Assembly: GCA_041644975.1 (NCBI GenBank)
Contig: JBAZQX010000001.1
Coordinates: 103,274 to 167,273, forward strand
Direction: 5' to 3'
Length of the DNA: 64,000 nt
Source of the DNA: Candidatus Doudnabacteria bacterium
GTDB lineage: Bacteria; Patescibacteriota; JAQUNI01
The notes beneath the pieces were generated by a model. The model had not been told where the DNA came from. It did not search any database and was given only the letters and a program-made list of their open reading frames with translations. Of this stretch, positions 1 through 10,091 are shown one piece after another; the stretch's first letter is position 1; each line of letters opens with the position of its first letter. Made by a program: the position numbers and the translations under genes.

Positions 1-1171
1 TCACTAAGACTGTAATCTTGACCAAAATTTTTGTTTTCTCAAGACTGTAAAAAACATTTGCCAGAATATTAGTAATACCCGTGGCAAAGAGACCGAAAGT
101 GAAGAAGAGAAGAGCATAAGCCGTGGCTTCTGTGTCCTGGAAGGTGAATTCTCCTCTTTGAAAAATAATTTGTGTAAGCGGGAGGCGGAGGATGACCAAA
201 CCAATGCTTACGGGGATGATGGCAAAAAGAATCATTCGGATGGTGAGACTAATCGCTTTTAATAATTCTTGACGTTCTCCTCTTGCAATTTTTTCCGCGA
301 AGATGGGGAAAGAGACGATGGGAATGGCGAAAAGAAAAACCTGGGACACGAGTTTCATTATCCTTTCGGCATAATACAAAGCAGAGAGACTGCCGCTTGT
401 TAATTCCGAGGCTAACATACGATTAGTTACCGTGCTTGCTTGAGCTAAAATTGTGGAGATGATAAAAGGGGAAACTAAAATAATGATTTTGCGAATGACG
501 GGATCGCGCCAATTAAAAGATAAGGAATATCTTAACCCCTGTTTGTAGAGAGCTTGAAAGATCACCAGAAATTCCAAAATCGCAGTAGCTAAAAACGCCC
601 AACTTAAGATATAAACATCCAGTTTTTGGCGGAAAACAAGAAGCGCCAGGATCACTACTAACGGTAGGATCAGCTTGATTAAGGCGGGAATAGTGAAACG
701 TTTAAAAGCATACAGGATGGAGGTGCCAAGGATGGTGAGGATATTGAAAAGAATGGCGGGGAAAAGAATTAAGGTAAGGTTCACTGTTAATTTTTGCGTC
801 GGGGGGGAAAACCCTGGAACAAGAATTTTCACGATGAGCGGCGTTAAAATCATTCCCAAAACAATGAGAATTACGAAAACGGTGGAAATAATATTGAATA
901 GATTGACCGCAATTTTCCATGCCTCTTTTTCCTTATTCTGATGAATATATTTGACAAAAATGGGTACAAAAACGATGGAGAGGATGCCGATTTGAAGGAT
1001 TTTAGTAAAGATATCAGGGATCGTGCGGGCGGCAACAAAGGCGTCAATTTCCTTGCCGGCGCCAAAAACATAGGCGGTCAATGTTTGTTGGGCAAATCCT
1101 AAAACACCAGCAACTAGAGTGACGAATGTGATGATGAGCGTAGATTTGGCAGCCTGATGATAACGAGTCAT
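1..1171 (-). CDS. murJ: Lipid II flippase MurJ/MviN (partial, 3' end runs off the window)
   Basis: ATG at 1171; my translation MTRYHQAAKSTLIITFVTLVAGVLGFAQQTLTAYVFGAGKEIDAFVAARTIPD...SIVFVPIF matches the MviN N-terminus. Absent from the ORF track, presumably because no stop is reached in the window. Confidence 0.88.
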   Translation of the reverse strand, partial: MTRYHQAAKSTLIITFVTLVAGVLGFAQQTLTAYVFGAGKEIDAFVAARTIPDIFTKILQIGILSIVFVPIFVKYIHQNKEKEAWKIAVNLFNIISTVFVILIVLGMILTPLIVKILVPGFSPPTQKLTVNLTLILFPAILFNILTILGTSILYAFKRFTIPALIKLILPLVVILALLVFRQKLDVYILSWAFLATAILEFLVIFQALYKQGLRYSLSFNWRDPVIRKIIILVSPFIISTILAQASTVTNRMLASELTSGSLSALYYAERIMKLVSQVFLFAIPIVSFPIFAEKIARGERQELLKAISLTIRMILFAIIPVSIGLVILRLPLTQIIFQRGEFTFQDTEATAYALLFFTFGLFATGITNILANVFYSLEKTKILVKITVLV

Positions 1172-1235
1172 AAATTTAGTTATCCGAAGATCGTTTCGTG
1201 AAAAGTTCAAGGTCTTCGACCTAAACTTAAGGCTT

Positions 1236-2648
1236 TTAACTAAGTGATCTTCCCACCCCAATCACCTTTTTACCCACTTTTTTCTGAAAATAGTTTTTTC
1301 CATCAATAACAATCGTGTTTTTACTGATGAGTTTTTTGGAATCTTTTTGCAAGATGTCATGATCTGTGGCGACAACGACAAGATCATAAGCTAGAAGACC
1401 GGCTTTGGGTGCAGGCTTGAAGCCTAATTTTTTGATTTCTATTTTAGAATAAAAAGGATCATAAACTTGAAAAGGGATGTTTTTCTTTTTTAATGCCAAA
1501 GCAACGGTTAAAGCGGGTGATTCGCGCAAATCCTTAATATTTTTTTTGTAAGCTAAGCCGTATAACAATACTTTATTCCCGGGATGATAATTGCTGATTA
1601 TTTTCTGCGTAAACCATTGAGGCATCTCTCGGTTTGTTTCAAGAGCCGCGGAGAGCGCGGGCATTGTTAAGCCATACTGGCTAGCCAAACCGGTTAAATA
1701 ATAGGGGTCAATGGGTATACAATGTCCACCTGTGCCGAGTGATGGCCAATGGGCTTGAAAACTCCATTTTGTGGAGGCGGCTTTAATTACTTCTAGCACA
1801 TCAAGGTTTATTTTTTCGCAAAGGCGCGCAAACTCATTAACAAGAGCAATATTCAAGGCGCGGTAAGAATTTTCTAACATCTTGGCGCCTTCCGCCACTT
1901 CGGGGCTTTCCACGGTAATAAGAGGCGCTTTAATAAATCTTTTATAAATTTGATAAGCCTTTTGACTACTTTGTTGATCAATTCCCCCGATAAGCTTAGC
2001 GATATTCTCAGTTTTGTTTCTTGTGCCGGGATCTACTCTTTCTGGAGAGCAAACTAAAGAAAAATCGCGTCCCATTTTAAGTCCCGACTTTTTCTCTAAA
2101 ACGCGGCCGATTATCTCGCGGGTTGTGCCGATTGCGACCGTGGATTCGTTGATGACTACGGCACCTTTCTGAAGGTAGATGCCTATTTTTTCCGTTGCAT
2201 TTTTAAGCAGACTGATATCTGGCTGAAGCTGCGCATCCACTGGCGTAGGTAGACAAATAAAGATCGCGTCGCATTGCTTTAATGCCTTGAATTGCAAAAT
2301 AGGTGTCAGTTTTTTCTTTCTGATAGCTTGGCGGAGAGCTCCTGTAAGACTGGCATCAGCCAAATAGTTTGTTTGTTTTTTTAGCATTCCTATTTTTTGG
2401 CGGTCTTTGTCAATACCAAAAACGGTAAATCCAGCCTCGGCGGCAAGAACAGCCAAGGGTAAACCTACGTAGCCTAGACCTACCACAGCGATATGGGTAA
2501 TGGCATTTTGGGTTTTTTTTACCCACCCACCATCCCCCACCTTTTTAAAAGGTGAGGGACTGGTGCGGGGTTTCGCTCCACGAGACTTAATTCTTCTGTA
2601 AGATGCCCCGGGCTTAAAGACCCGGTGGAGCTTCACTTTATACCTCAT
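1236..2648 (-). CDS. Nucleotide-sugar dehydrogenase (WecC/WbpA/TviB type)
   Basis: GLGYVGLP Rossmann motif, ICLPTP, SPERVDPG, catalytic GGHCIPIDP, GLAYKKNIKDLRESP. Start uncertain; the first ~45 aa derive from repeats. Confidence 0.9.
   Translation of the reverse strand: MRYKVKLHRVFKPGASYRRIKSRGAKPRTSPSPFKKVGDGGWVKKTQNAITHIAVVGLGYVGLPLAVLAAEAGFTVFGIDKDRQKIGMLKKQTNYLADASLTGALRQAIRKKKLTPILQFKALKQCDAIFICLPTPVDAQLQPDISLLKNATEKIGIYLQKGAVVINESTVAIGTTREIIGRVLEKKSGLKMGRDFSLVCSPERVDPGTRNKTENIAKLIGGIDQQSSQKAYQIYKRFIKAPLITVESPEVAEGAKMLENSYRALNIALVNEFARLCEKINLDVLEVIKAASTKWSFQAHWPSLGTGGHCIPIDPYYLTGLASQYGLTMPALSAALETNREMPQWFTQKIISNYHPGNKVLLYGLAYKKNIKDLRESPALTVALALKKKNIPFQVYDPFYSKIEIKKLGFKPAPKAGLLAYDLVVVATDHDILQKDSKKLISKNTIVIDGKNYFQKKVGKKVIGVGRSLS
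2602..2636 (+). mobile_element. IS200/IS605-family right-end-like palindrome (remnant)
   Basis: GATGCCCCGGGCTTAAAGACCCGGTGGAGCTTCAC: GC hairpin ending in TCAC, as at IS605/IS1341 ends; no transposase in the window. Confidence 0.5.
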
Positions 2649-2754
2649 AATTTTAAGTATCCAAAACAAAAATAAAGAGGTCTTCTTTACTGATTATACC
2701 TCACATCTATAAATCACATTATAGTATATTTTTGATTTTTATTCAAGGATTCTT

Positions 2755-3528
2755 CTAAAATAGCTTTTTGTTTTTGGCGCTTTGTTTACGAAGAATTTTT
2801 AATTTTTTTAACCTTATTTTGGCGGTAAATTCCAAAAGGTCCCAAATGTATTGTCCCGCGTTAAGTTTAGATTTACCATATTTGCGATCAGTAAAGGCAA
2901 TGGGCACCTCTGCTACCTTGGCTCCGGCGCGATAGAGGGCATAGGCAAATGAAGGCTGAAAGATATAGCTCTTTTTTTGCCAAGGGATGTCGGATAAATC
3001 CGTTTTTTGGTAAAGGCGAGTTGTAAAAGCCCTGAAGGAGGGGGTAAAATCGGAGATCTCGCGGACACCCAGCATAGCGCGGCAAAGAAAATTGGCGCCC
3101 CTGCTAAAAACATCGCGGTAGAATTCCAACCTATTTTCACCGCCAGGAATGAAACGCGAAGCTTGGATAAAGTCAAAACCTTGTTGAATCTTCGTGATGA
3201 ATTTAGGAATATCATCTGGATTGTGGGAGAGATCAGCGTCCATTGAGAGTAGAACATCCGTTTTTAATTTTTGAACAGCAAAATCATATCCCCTCTTAAG
3301 AGCAATGCCAATTCCTCTTTCCAGAAGGTCTAAAAGATAGATGTTGGGATTTTGGGTGGTTATTTTTCTAACAATTTTTCTTGTGCCATCAGGGGAGTGG
3401 CTATCCGCAATAATAATAGAAAGACGAAAAGGAAGAATCTTTTTTTGCTGGGCTAAAACACGATTTAAAAGATTGCGGATATTTTCTTTTTCATTATAAG
3501 TGGGAATAACGATTGCTAGATTGGGCAT
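2755..3528 (-). CDS. Polyprenol-phosphate glycosyltransferase (GT2, Dpm1-like)
   Basis: IVIPTYNEKENI, DSHSPDGT, MDADLSHNP, EVPIAFTDRKYGKSKL. Confidence 0.9.
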   Translation of the reverse strand: MPNLAIVIPTYNEKENIRNLLNRVLAQQKKILPFRLSIIIADSHSPDGTRKIVRKITTQNPNIYLLDLLERGIGIALKRGYDFAVQKLKTDVLLSMDADLSHNPDDIPKFITKIQQGFDFIQASRFIPGGENRLEFYRDVFSRGANFLCRAMLGVREISDFTPSFRAFTTRLYQKTDLSDIPWQKKSYIFQPSFAYALYRAGAKVAEVPIAFTDRKYGKSKLNAGQYIWDLLEFTAKIRLKKLKILRKQSAKNKKLF

Positions 3529-3926
3529 AGATTTATCCCTAAACAAGGAGAAAAATGCGATTGATATGATTTATGGAAATAATTTTTTGGTCTGCTTTGG
3601 ATTATCCTTCCTACTTAGGACTTTCGCGTTTCATCTTACTAAAGAAAAAAAGCAAAAATAATGATAGATTTCCTGATAAACTTTTTTTTCAGACCTTGAA
3701 TTACGAAATGACCCATAAAAATTCACTTTTAATGAGAAAAAGTTTTTTTCTTTGTGGCGCGCTTTTGTAAAATAAGCTGTTTTTTTAATACCAATAGATT
3801 TTTTTTCTTAATTAGAAGGTAAAAGATGAATTTCGTAATTCACGGTTTAATAAGAGGAAGTGACTCGGGAATTTTGCCTCAATTTGGCGAAAAATTATCT
3901 TTTTTCCTTAAAAAAGGAAATTTACT

Positions 3927-4628
3927 TCAAAATTTTTTTTGTAAGCTAATCCGTATTTTATTGCCAAACGCGAAAGTCCTCCTATTTTGGAAGATAAGGT
4001 AATTAAGCAAACCGCCCGTAATCAATCTTTGATCTTTAAGCTGGAGATTATTATTTTGGGCTATTTTTTTGATATTTTGTAACTTAATTAAATTATGAAT
4101 ATCCTCATCAATAAAATTTCTGCGGCCGTAGATTAAAAAGCGTATAATCTTCCAAACCGGCTCAATAATTTTAATATAAAATTTACTAGGAAAGGTTATA
4201 ATAAGGATACCTTGGTTTTTTAAATGAGCACTAATATTGCTGAATACCGCTGGCAGATCCTGATTTTGAAAATGCTCCAATACGTCTAGACAGGTAATGG
4301 CGTTAAATTTTTTTTTAAGAGTCAATTTGAGAATGTCTCCATAAACGACTTCTCCCTTTCCGAGGATTTTTTCCGCTATTTTTAGAAAATTAATGTCATT
4401 GTCTACCCCTAAGGTGTGAATCCCCTCTTCTTGTGCTAATTTTAATAAGATGCCGTTGCCGCAACCAAGATCTAAAAGATTCTGAACGCGGTTTTCTTTT
4501 AATTTTTTTAAAATATACTTGAATTTTTTGCGATAGAAAAGGGAACGCAATGACCATGAATGATAATATCCTTGATAATAGTAATCTGCGGGCTGTTTTT
4601 TAATTTTTTTCTCCGTCGGTATAGGCAT
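3927..4628 (-). CDS. Class I SAM-dependent methyltransferase
   Basis: LLDLGCGNG motif I, GVD, ITCLDVLEH, LKNQGILIITFP. Confidence 0.88.
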   Translation of the reverse strand: MPIPTEKKIKKQPADYYYQGYYHSWSLRSLFYRKKFKYILKKLKENRVQNLLDLGCGNGILLKLAQEEGIHTLGVDNDINFLKIAEKILGKGEVVYGDILKLTLKKKFNAITCLDVLEHFQNQDLPAVFSNISAHLKNQGILIITFPSKFYIKIIEPVWKIIRFLIYGRRNFIDEDIHNLIKLQNIKKIAQNNNLQLKDQRLITGGLLNYLIFQNRRTFAFGNKIRISLQKKF

Positions 4629-4641
4629 TTTGTTCTCTGGA

Positions 4642-5224
4642 TCAAATTTCTTTTCGCTTTAATTTTGCAACTCTATTTTTCTCTATAAAAAAATTTCTTT
4701 TTTGCCATCTTAAAAAAGAAAACAAGATAAGGCTCGTAGGAGGAATGAAGATTAAGTCGCTCGCAATACTGTTTCTTAAGAAAGGTAGACCCATTATGTA
4801 ACATTGGATTAAACCTGAAAAGGTATGAGGGTACATATTCCAAAGCAACCAAACCCCGAAATTAGTGTATAAATAAAAAAAAGAATGATGCTAGTATACC
4901 TGTACCTGTGAGTTTAAGAGAGAACCTCCAATGATATTCTCTTTGTTTACGAATCATTAAACCAAAAAAGCCGATCAATGCCCATGCAGACCAGGTAAAA
5001 AGTAAAATTAAGTCATTGCCAATATACATATCAGTTAAGGCAATGATCGTAAGCGGTACGATAACAGTGTACCAACCTCCTAAGAGTGCTCCGGCTAAGA
5101 TCGTAGCCACAGTCACGGTTTCAATATTGGGAAGGTTTTTCAATAGAATACGGCCTAAGGTTCCTATGATAATAAGAAGTAAGGCTAGAGTAAGCTTTTC
5201 TTTGGATATCGGTAATTTGTGCAT
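4642..5224 (-). pseudogene. ECF transporter S-component (cobalamin/DUF6580-like), frameshifted
   Basis: LPNIETVT N-terminus. Removing one base from the A8 run at 4875-4882 joins the two ORFs as ...ASFFFYLYTNFGVWLLWNMYPHTFSGLIQCYIMGLPFLRN, the family C-terminal signature. Confidence 0.78.
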
Positions 5225-5242
5225 AGAGTTTTTAAATATTTC

Positions 5243-5683
5243 TCAAAAGTTACTTTTTTCAAATTTAAATTCAATATTATCTTGGTTAGATACTTTTTGG
5301 GATTTCATACCAGAGGGTGCCATTTTTCCATTTACATAATAAAGCCAATATTTATTATCCTGACCATTTCTGATTCCATTGATCATCTCCAAGAATGGGC
5401 CGAAAGAGGATTCTTTAATTTCTAGTTTGATTTTATTTTGAAGTGCTAATTCTTATAAGAAATCGTAAACAGTCCTTTCATTGCGGAATTCCAGGGTAAA
5501 ATTTTGGGTCTCCCCGTTACCAAAATCAATGCTTAGATTTGCTTTTTGAGACACCCCTTGGTTTGTATTCGGGGTTTGTTGTTTTTCCAGAGTAATTTTC
5601 TGACCCAAAGAACATCCTATTAGAGCGAAAGCTAGGTACAATAAGCAGAATACAACAGCGAATTTTGACCTTGTTTTAATCAT
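5243..5683 (-). pseudogene. DUF4430 (transcobalamin-like) lipoprotein with an in-frame TAA
   Basis: Lipobox-like LIGC, SIDFGNG, TVYDFL, TAA at 5453-5455, then the same frame continues ELALQNKIKLEIKESSFGPFLEMINGIRNGQDNKYWLYYVNGKMAPSG...DNIEFKFEKSNF to TGA at 5243. Confidence 0.8.
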
Positions 5684-5703
5684 AGGTTTTTTGAATTATT
5701 CTT

Positions 5704-6507
5704 TTAGATTAAGGCATTTTCCAAAAGATGAGGGCAGGGACAGGTTCTATATTTAGGTAGATTTTCGACCATTTTAAAAATTATTTTTTTAACTTTTTGG
5801 ATGTTTTGCTGGAAAACTTTTATAACTTCTGTAGCAGTCACAGGCGAAATATTTTGGTAACCTTCTAAGCCAGTATCATAGTCCGTGATTAAAGCAATGT
5901 TAATATAACACATTGCAAGTTCTCTCGCGAGAGCGACTTCTGGGTAAGCGGTCATATTTATTACTTCGAAACCTTGAGACTGGAACCATTTACTCTCAGA
6001 TCGGGTAGAAAAGCGTGGCCCTTGGATGACCACAATTGTCCCCTCATTGTGGTGAGGAATTTGTAGAGCCTCGCAAGTCTTAATTGCTATCTTTTTTAAA
6101 CTTGGACAATAAGGGTCGGCCATAGGCGGATGCACCACTTTCGGTCCGTCAAAGAAGGTATCATTGCGTCCCCATGTGCGATCTACAAATTGATCGCAGA
6201 TCACAAAGTCACCAGGTTTGATTTTAGAGGTGAGGCTGCCTGAAGCGCAAGGCGCTATGATTTGTTTTACCCCTAATTTTTTAAATGCCCAAAGGTTCGC
6301 CCGATAAGGAATTTTATGCGGCGGGAATTCGTGCTTTTCGCCGTGCCGAGGTAAAAAAGCCACTTTTTTGCCTTGATAATTACCAAGCGTAATTTTTCCT
6401 GAAGGTTTACCGAAAGGAGTGTTAATCTCTATTTGACGTGCCCGCGAGAGGAGTTGATAAAATCCTGAACCGCCAAAGATGCCAATTTCTGCTTTTAAAG
6501 AAGGCAT
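5704..6507 (-). CDS. mtnP: S-methyl-5'-thioadenosine phosphorylase
   Basis: IGIFGGSG, TPFGKPS, LPRHG, ANLWA, DQFVDRT, QGPRFSTRSES, INMT, ITDYD. Confidence 0.93.
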   Translation of the reverse strand: MPSLKAEIGIFGGSGFYQLLSRARQIEINTPFGKPSGKITLGNYQGKKVAFLPRHGEKHEFPPHKIPYRANLWAFKKLGVKQIIAPCASGSLTSKIKPGDFVICDQFVDRTWGRNDTFFDGPKVVHPPMADPYCPSLKKIAIKTCEALQIPHHNEGTIVVIQGPRFSTRSESKWFQSQGFEVINMTAYPEVALARELAMCYINIALITDYDTGLEGYQNISPVTATEVIKVFQQNIQKVKKIIFKMVENLPKYRTCPCPHLLENALI

Positions 6508-6512
6508 AGTAG

Positions 6513-7031
6513 TTAGATATTTAATTTTAAGAGTGTATGCCTTTTGTATCCTTTAATTTTACGCCTGCCATCAAGATAGGTGAGTTCAATCAAAAGGGCA
6601 ATGCCTATAATTTTACCTTGCATCTTTTTGACCAGTTTTATTGTCGCTGCGAGCGTGCCGCCAGTGGCGAGAACATCATCCACGATTAAAATCCGTTCCC
6701 CTGGTTGAATTGTATCGGTATGCATCTCTAGAATATTTTTTTCGTATTCTAGATCATAAGTCTGTTGGATGACTTGGCGAGGCAGTTTACCCTTTTTGCG
6801 CACTATGGAAATTCCCGCCTTTAATTTATAAGCTACGCCGGCAGCGAGGAGAAATCCTCTCGCGTCAATGCCGACAACTTTCTTGATGCCTTTATTTTGG
6901 AAGGGTTTAGCAAGTTCCCTGATAGCATAACCATATGCCCGAGCATTTTCAAGGAGGGGCGTGATGTCTTTGAAACTGACTCCTTTTTGGGGAAAATCAG
7001 GTATTGTGTGGATATATTTTTTAATGTCCAT
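6513..7031 (-). CDS. apt: Adenine phosphoribosyltransferase
   Basis: PDFPQKGVSFKDITPLL, DARGF, RKKGKLP, VDDVLATGGT PRPP motif. Confidence 0.96.
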   Translation of the reverse strand: MDIKKYIHTIPDFPQKGVSFKDITPLLENARAYGYAIRELAKPFQNKGIKKVVGIDARGFLLAAGVAYKLKAGISIVRKKGKLPRQVIQQTYDLEYEKNILEMHTDTIQPGERILIVDDVLATGGTLAATIKLVKKMQGKIIGIALLIELTYLDGRRKIKGYKRHTLLKLNI

Positions 7032-7176
7032 CTTGGTTTATTAATTTTTATGGAGGTTTTCTAAATTTTTCGCCTTCCGGGGTCCCCCAAAAATTCTTTT
7101 AGAATTTTTGGGGTGTACTTGATGATCATATTGCGAATTTTTAGTCTTGGTTAATGGTGTACCAAATGTATGTTAT

Positions 7177-7599
7177 TTATTCGGCTTCCGGAAAAACATG
7201 GAATTTTTTGAAGGCACGATAAATTAAAAAGTAAGAGAAGGTCTTGAGATTATTACCGATATCATCAAGAATAAGATGTAGGGTGAACGCGCAGGAAAGG
7301 GCGAATGGAACGGCTTGCCAATGGAATTGCCAGGTGATGAGCCCGAGTAGAATGGCGATTTCGTACGAATGTAACAGCACCAGGACTTTTGAATTTCGGC
7401 GCATATAATTTTTTGGATGTAAAAATTCTCCGATGTTGCAAGGATTGTGGGGTCTGCTTTTCCAGAAATCAAAAAGATGATCAAGGTCAAGAAGAATGCC
7501 AGTGAAAAGAAGTGTAATCGCGCCCGCTAAAGAGCGGGTAAAATAGTAGAAGGTAAAGGCGAGGATGGTTGAGGAAAGAACGTGCACTTTTACTTGCAT
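7177..7599 (-). CDS. Membrane-bound metal-dependent hydrolase (YdjM-like)
   Basis: Hydrophobic; early His, DLDH, LHSYE, HLILD motifs. Confidence 0.65.
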   Translation of the reverse strand: MQVKVHVLSSTILAFTFYYFTRSLAGAITLLFTGILLDLDHLFDFWKSRPHNPCNIGEFLHPKNYMRRNSKVLVLLHSYEIAILLGLITWQFHWQAVPFALSCAFTLHLILDDIGNNLKTFSYFLIYRAFKKFHVFPEAE

Positions 7600-7611
7600 A
7601 ATTTTTGTTTT

Positions 7612-9090
7612 TTAATAATTTTGTTTGAAGTCGGCAAGATGGGCGAACACAGCTTTAGCCCCGCGGGCAAGATATTTCAAATCATTGAGGTCGCGCAGCG
7701 AAGCAATTTGGCGCAGGATAAATTCAGGATGGAAAGCGACTTTATAGGTGTCCTGGACAAATTTTTGCAATTGCGCAGAGGAAAAAGAGGTTTGCATTAT
7801 TGCCTCACGCATATCATAACGGTTCCAGTCTTCAGAAGTGAGCCATTCTTTTTGTTGGCATTCACGAAATAAAGGGGTACCTGGGTAAGGGATGACAATA
7901 GTGGCTTGGAGTGTTTTGGCATAGCCTTTGCGCAGGAGATATTTTCCCAAGCGCACAGTTTGCCGCGCTTCTTCTTCGGTCTCCCACGGATAACCAAACA
8001 TAATTGTTACATGGGGAGACAATCCTGCATGCCGCGCCAGTTTGCAAGACGAAATAATCTTCTCCACCGTCATATTTTTACTTATCTTGTTTAATGTTTC
8101 CTCGCTGGCTGATTCTAAACCAAAAAGCAAAAAGCGGAAACCTGCTTTTTTCATTAGTTTATACCCAGCAAAATCAATAGCCCCGAAGCGCATATTGCAA
8201 TCCAAAATCACTTTTTTATTATAGCCGCGTTCAATCATCCCGCGGCAGAATTCTTGCAGCCATTCCCCTATTGGAAAAGTGCCTGTATCATCCATTATTT
8301 CCTTGACTTGATATTTTTCAATTAATTCCCCAATTTCATCCAAGACATTCTTTGGGGTGCGGGTGTGGTATTTTGGATAAAGCGTGGTCCAAGAACAAAA
8401 ACTGCACTCGTGATGCCAACAGTCGCGGCCGGCCATAATATATGTTCCTGGGGTGCGGGAGAAATTGCCTACATCGTAGGCATAATTTTGCCAATCCGTT
8501 AACCCGCGGTCAATAAAAGGAAGTGTATTCAGATTATGATTTAATAGAAATTTTCCCGTACTTTTAATTGTGTTTTGTTCCCGGTAATAAATCCCTGGCT
8601 CTAGATTTTTGGTGACAGGTTTGAAATTGGAGTCCAGATTTTGAAGGAGGTTTAAAAGCAGAAAGTCATAATCGCCGCCGGTTAAAACAAAATCCACTTT
8701 GGAATTCTGAAATGATTCTTCAGGCAACGCCGTGACATGGTCGCCGACAAGAATCGTTTTTAATGTAGAGATTTCTTTTTTTAACGCGTTGATGATTTTC
8801 CAGTGCCTTTTTACTGTTGGTGTTTTAGTTTCCATTACCACAATGTTTGGCTGAATCTTTTTCGCAAATTCAAACCATTCTGCATATTTCATTTCTTCGG
8901 CAATCCCGTCTTTCCAAATTATCTCAAAACCATTTTTTTGAAGTAAGGTGGCGGCTTGCGCCGGCACCACTGGATAAATGGGGCAATGGCGGCGAAACCA
9001 TTGGAATTGGCGGTTTTGGGATAATAAAGGATAACCTTTTTTAGATGGCAGAGGTGGATAAGTAATTAAAGTTTTCAGTTGTTCTGACAT
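7612..9090 (-). CDS. B12-binding-domain radical SAM protein (HpnJ/BchE-like)
   Basis: GRDCWHHECSFC (CX4CX2C variant), VGDHVTALPEE cobalamin-binding region, FGLESAS, PYPGTPLF. Confidence 0.88.
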   Translation of the reverse strand: MSEQLKTLITYPPLPSKKGYPLLSQNRQFQWFRRHCPIYPVVPAQAATLLQKNGFEIIWKDGIAEEMKYAEWFEFAKKIQPNIVVMETKTPTVKRHWKIINALKKEISTLKTILVGDHVTALPEESFQNSKVDFVLTGGDYDFLLLNLLQNLDSNFKPVTKNLEPGIYYREQNTIKSTGKFLLNHNLNTLPFIDRGLTDWQNYAYDVGNFSRTPGTYIMAGRDCWHHECSFCSWTTLYPKYHTRTPKNVLDEIGELIEKYQVKEIMDDTGTFPIGEWLQEFCRGMIERGYNKKVILDCNMRFGAIDFAGYKLMKKAGFRFLLFGLESASEETLNKISKNMTVEKIISSCKLARHAGLSPHVTIMFGYPWETEEEARQTVRLGKYLLRKGYAKTLQATIVIPYPGTPLFRECQQKEWLTSEDWNRYDMREAIMQTSFSSAQLQKFVQDTYKVAFHPEFILRQIASLRDLNDLKYLARGAKAVFAHLADFKQNY

Positions 9091-9093
9091 TTT

Positions 9094-10086
9094 TTACCTT
9101 CTTAGTTTACTTTTTAGGGTTTTTATAAATAACAGACCTTGTAGAAATTTTACGCCGTAGACTAAATGGGTTAAGAACATATAAGGAATAATCAAGAGGC
9201 CGACTAAAGGATTTTTTTCTCGGAAAGCGGACTTAATCGCCGCCCAGAGCATTCCGCCAAGATATAGTAGTAAGATGATAATATTACCATAAAGGAAATG
9301 GATATAACCAACCCTTTTTGCTAAGTAGCCTATTAAAGGGCTCGCAACTAATAACAACACAAAAAGACTGGGGATAAAGTAAGTCAATTTCAAGGAGGTT
9401 GCGGGGAATTTTTTGGCAAAGAAACCACGATGCAAGCCATAACCCGCGATTTGTTGCAGGTGGCTTAAGAGGGTTTTGCGGCGATGATGGTAAACAATGA
9501 GTTGAGGGTCATAAATAATATTACCACCTGTCCTTGTAAGATCCAGACAGAACTTTGTATCTTCTCCGGGCCAATATTGGGAGTTAAAGCCTCCTATCTT
9601 TTGAAATATGTTTTTGCGCACTAAAAAATTTACCGAAGGCCAGTCGGTCACGGTTTTCTTTTTTTTACCTGGAATGTAACGGTCCGCAATCCCTCCCCAG
9701 AAAGAGGAGGCAAGGCATGCACCAGAGGTTTTTTGACGCAAGGAATTATCTTGGGGGCTAATAGCAGGACCGCCCAGGGCGGCAATCCTAGGGTCTTGAA
9801 AATTTTTTGCCGCTTGCGACAGCCAATCATTTTGCGGATAAGCGTCATCATCCAAAAAAGCGAGAATCTCTCCTTCCGCATATTGAAGCGCCAGCGTTCT
9901 TTTCTCGGCGGGACCAATTTTTCCTGTGGGGATAATTTTCGTTTTGGGGAATTTTTCTTCTGACTTTGCGTCAGGAAAAATTAGAATTTCAAAATTTTGG
10001 TGGGTAAGGTTTAAAAGATGGCGAACTGTTTCGTGGATATAATCATTAATTCTTACTACTGGGATGATGACAGAAAATTGAGGCAT
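9094..10086 (-). CDS. Glycosyltransferase family 2 with C-terminal TM helices
   Basis: FSVIIP, LAFLDDDA, IGGF, GED, VYHHRR; start set at MPQFSV. Confidence 0.9.
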   Translation of the reverse strand: MPQFSVIIPVVRINDYIHETVRHLLNLTHQNFEILIFPDAKSEEKFPKTKIIPTGKIGPAEKRTLALQYAEGEILAFLDDDAYPQNDWLSQAAKNFQDPRIAALGGPAISPQDNSLRQKTSGACLASSFWGGIADRYIPGKKKKTVTDWPSVNFLVRKNIFQKIGGFNSQYWPGEDTKFCLDLTRTGGNIIYDPQLIVYHHRRKTLLSHLQQIAGYGLHRGFFAKKFPATSLKLTYFIPSLFVLLLVASPLIGYLAKRVGYIHFLYGNIIILLLYLGGMLWAAIKSAFREKNPLVGLLIIPYMFLTHLVYGVKFLQGLLFIKTLKSKLRR

Positions 10087-10091
10087 CCTTG

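Noticed and set aside
3550-3925. Cobalamin riboswitch or gene in the AT-rich gap
   Set aside because: No B12 box or core motifs found, it lies downstream of the uptake genes, and the 65-aa ORF has no recognisable features.
5453-5455. Stop-codon recoding (TAA read-through, or code 25 TGA=Gly) to explain the interrupted gene
   Set aside because: TAA and TGA end many conserved genes at expected positions, including ATGA overlaps at 13249, 46938 and 53491.
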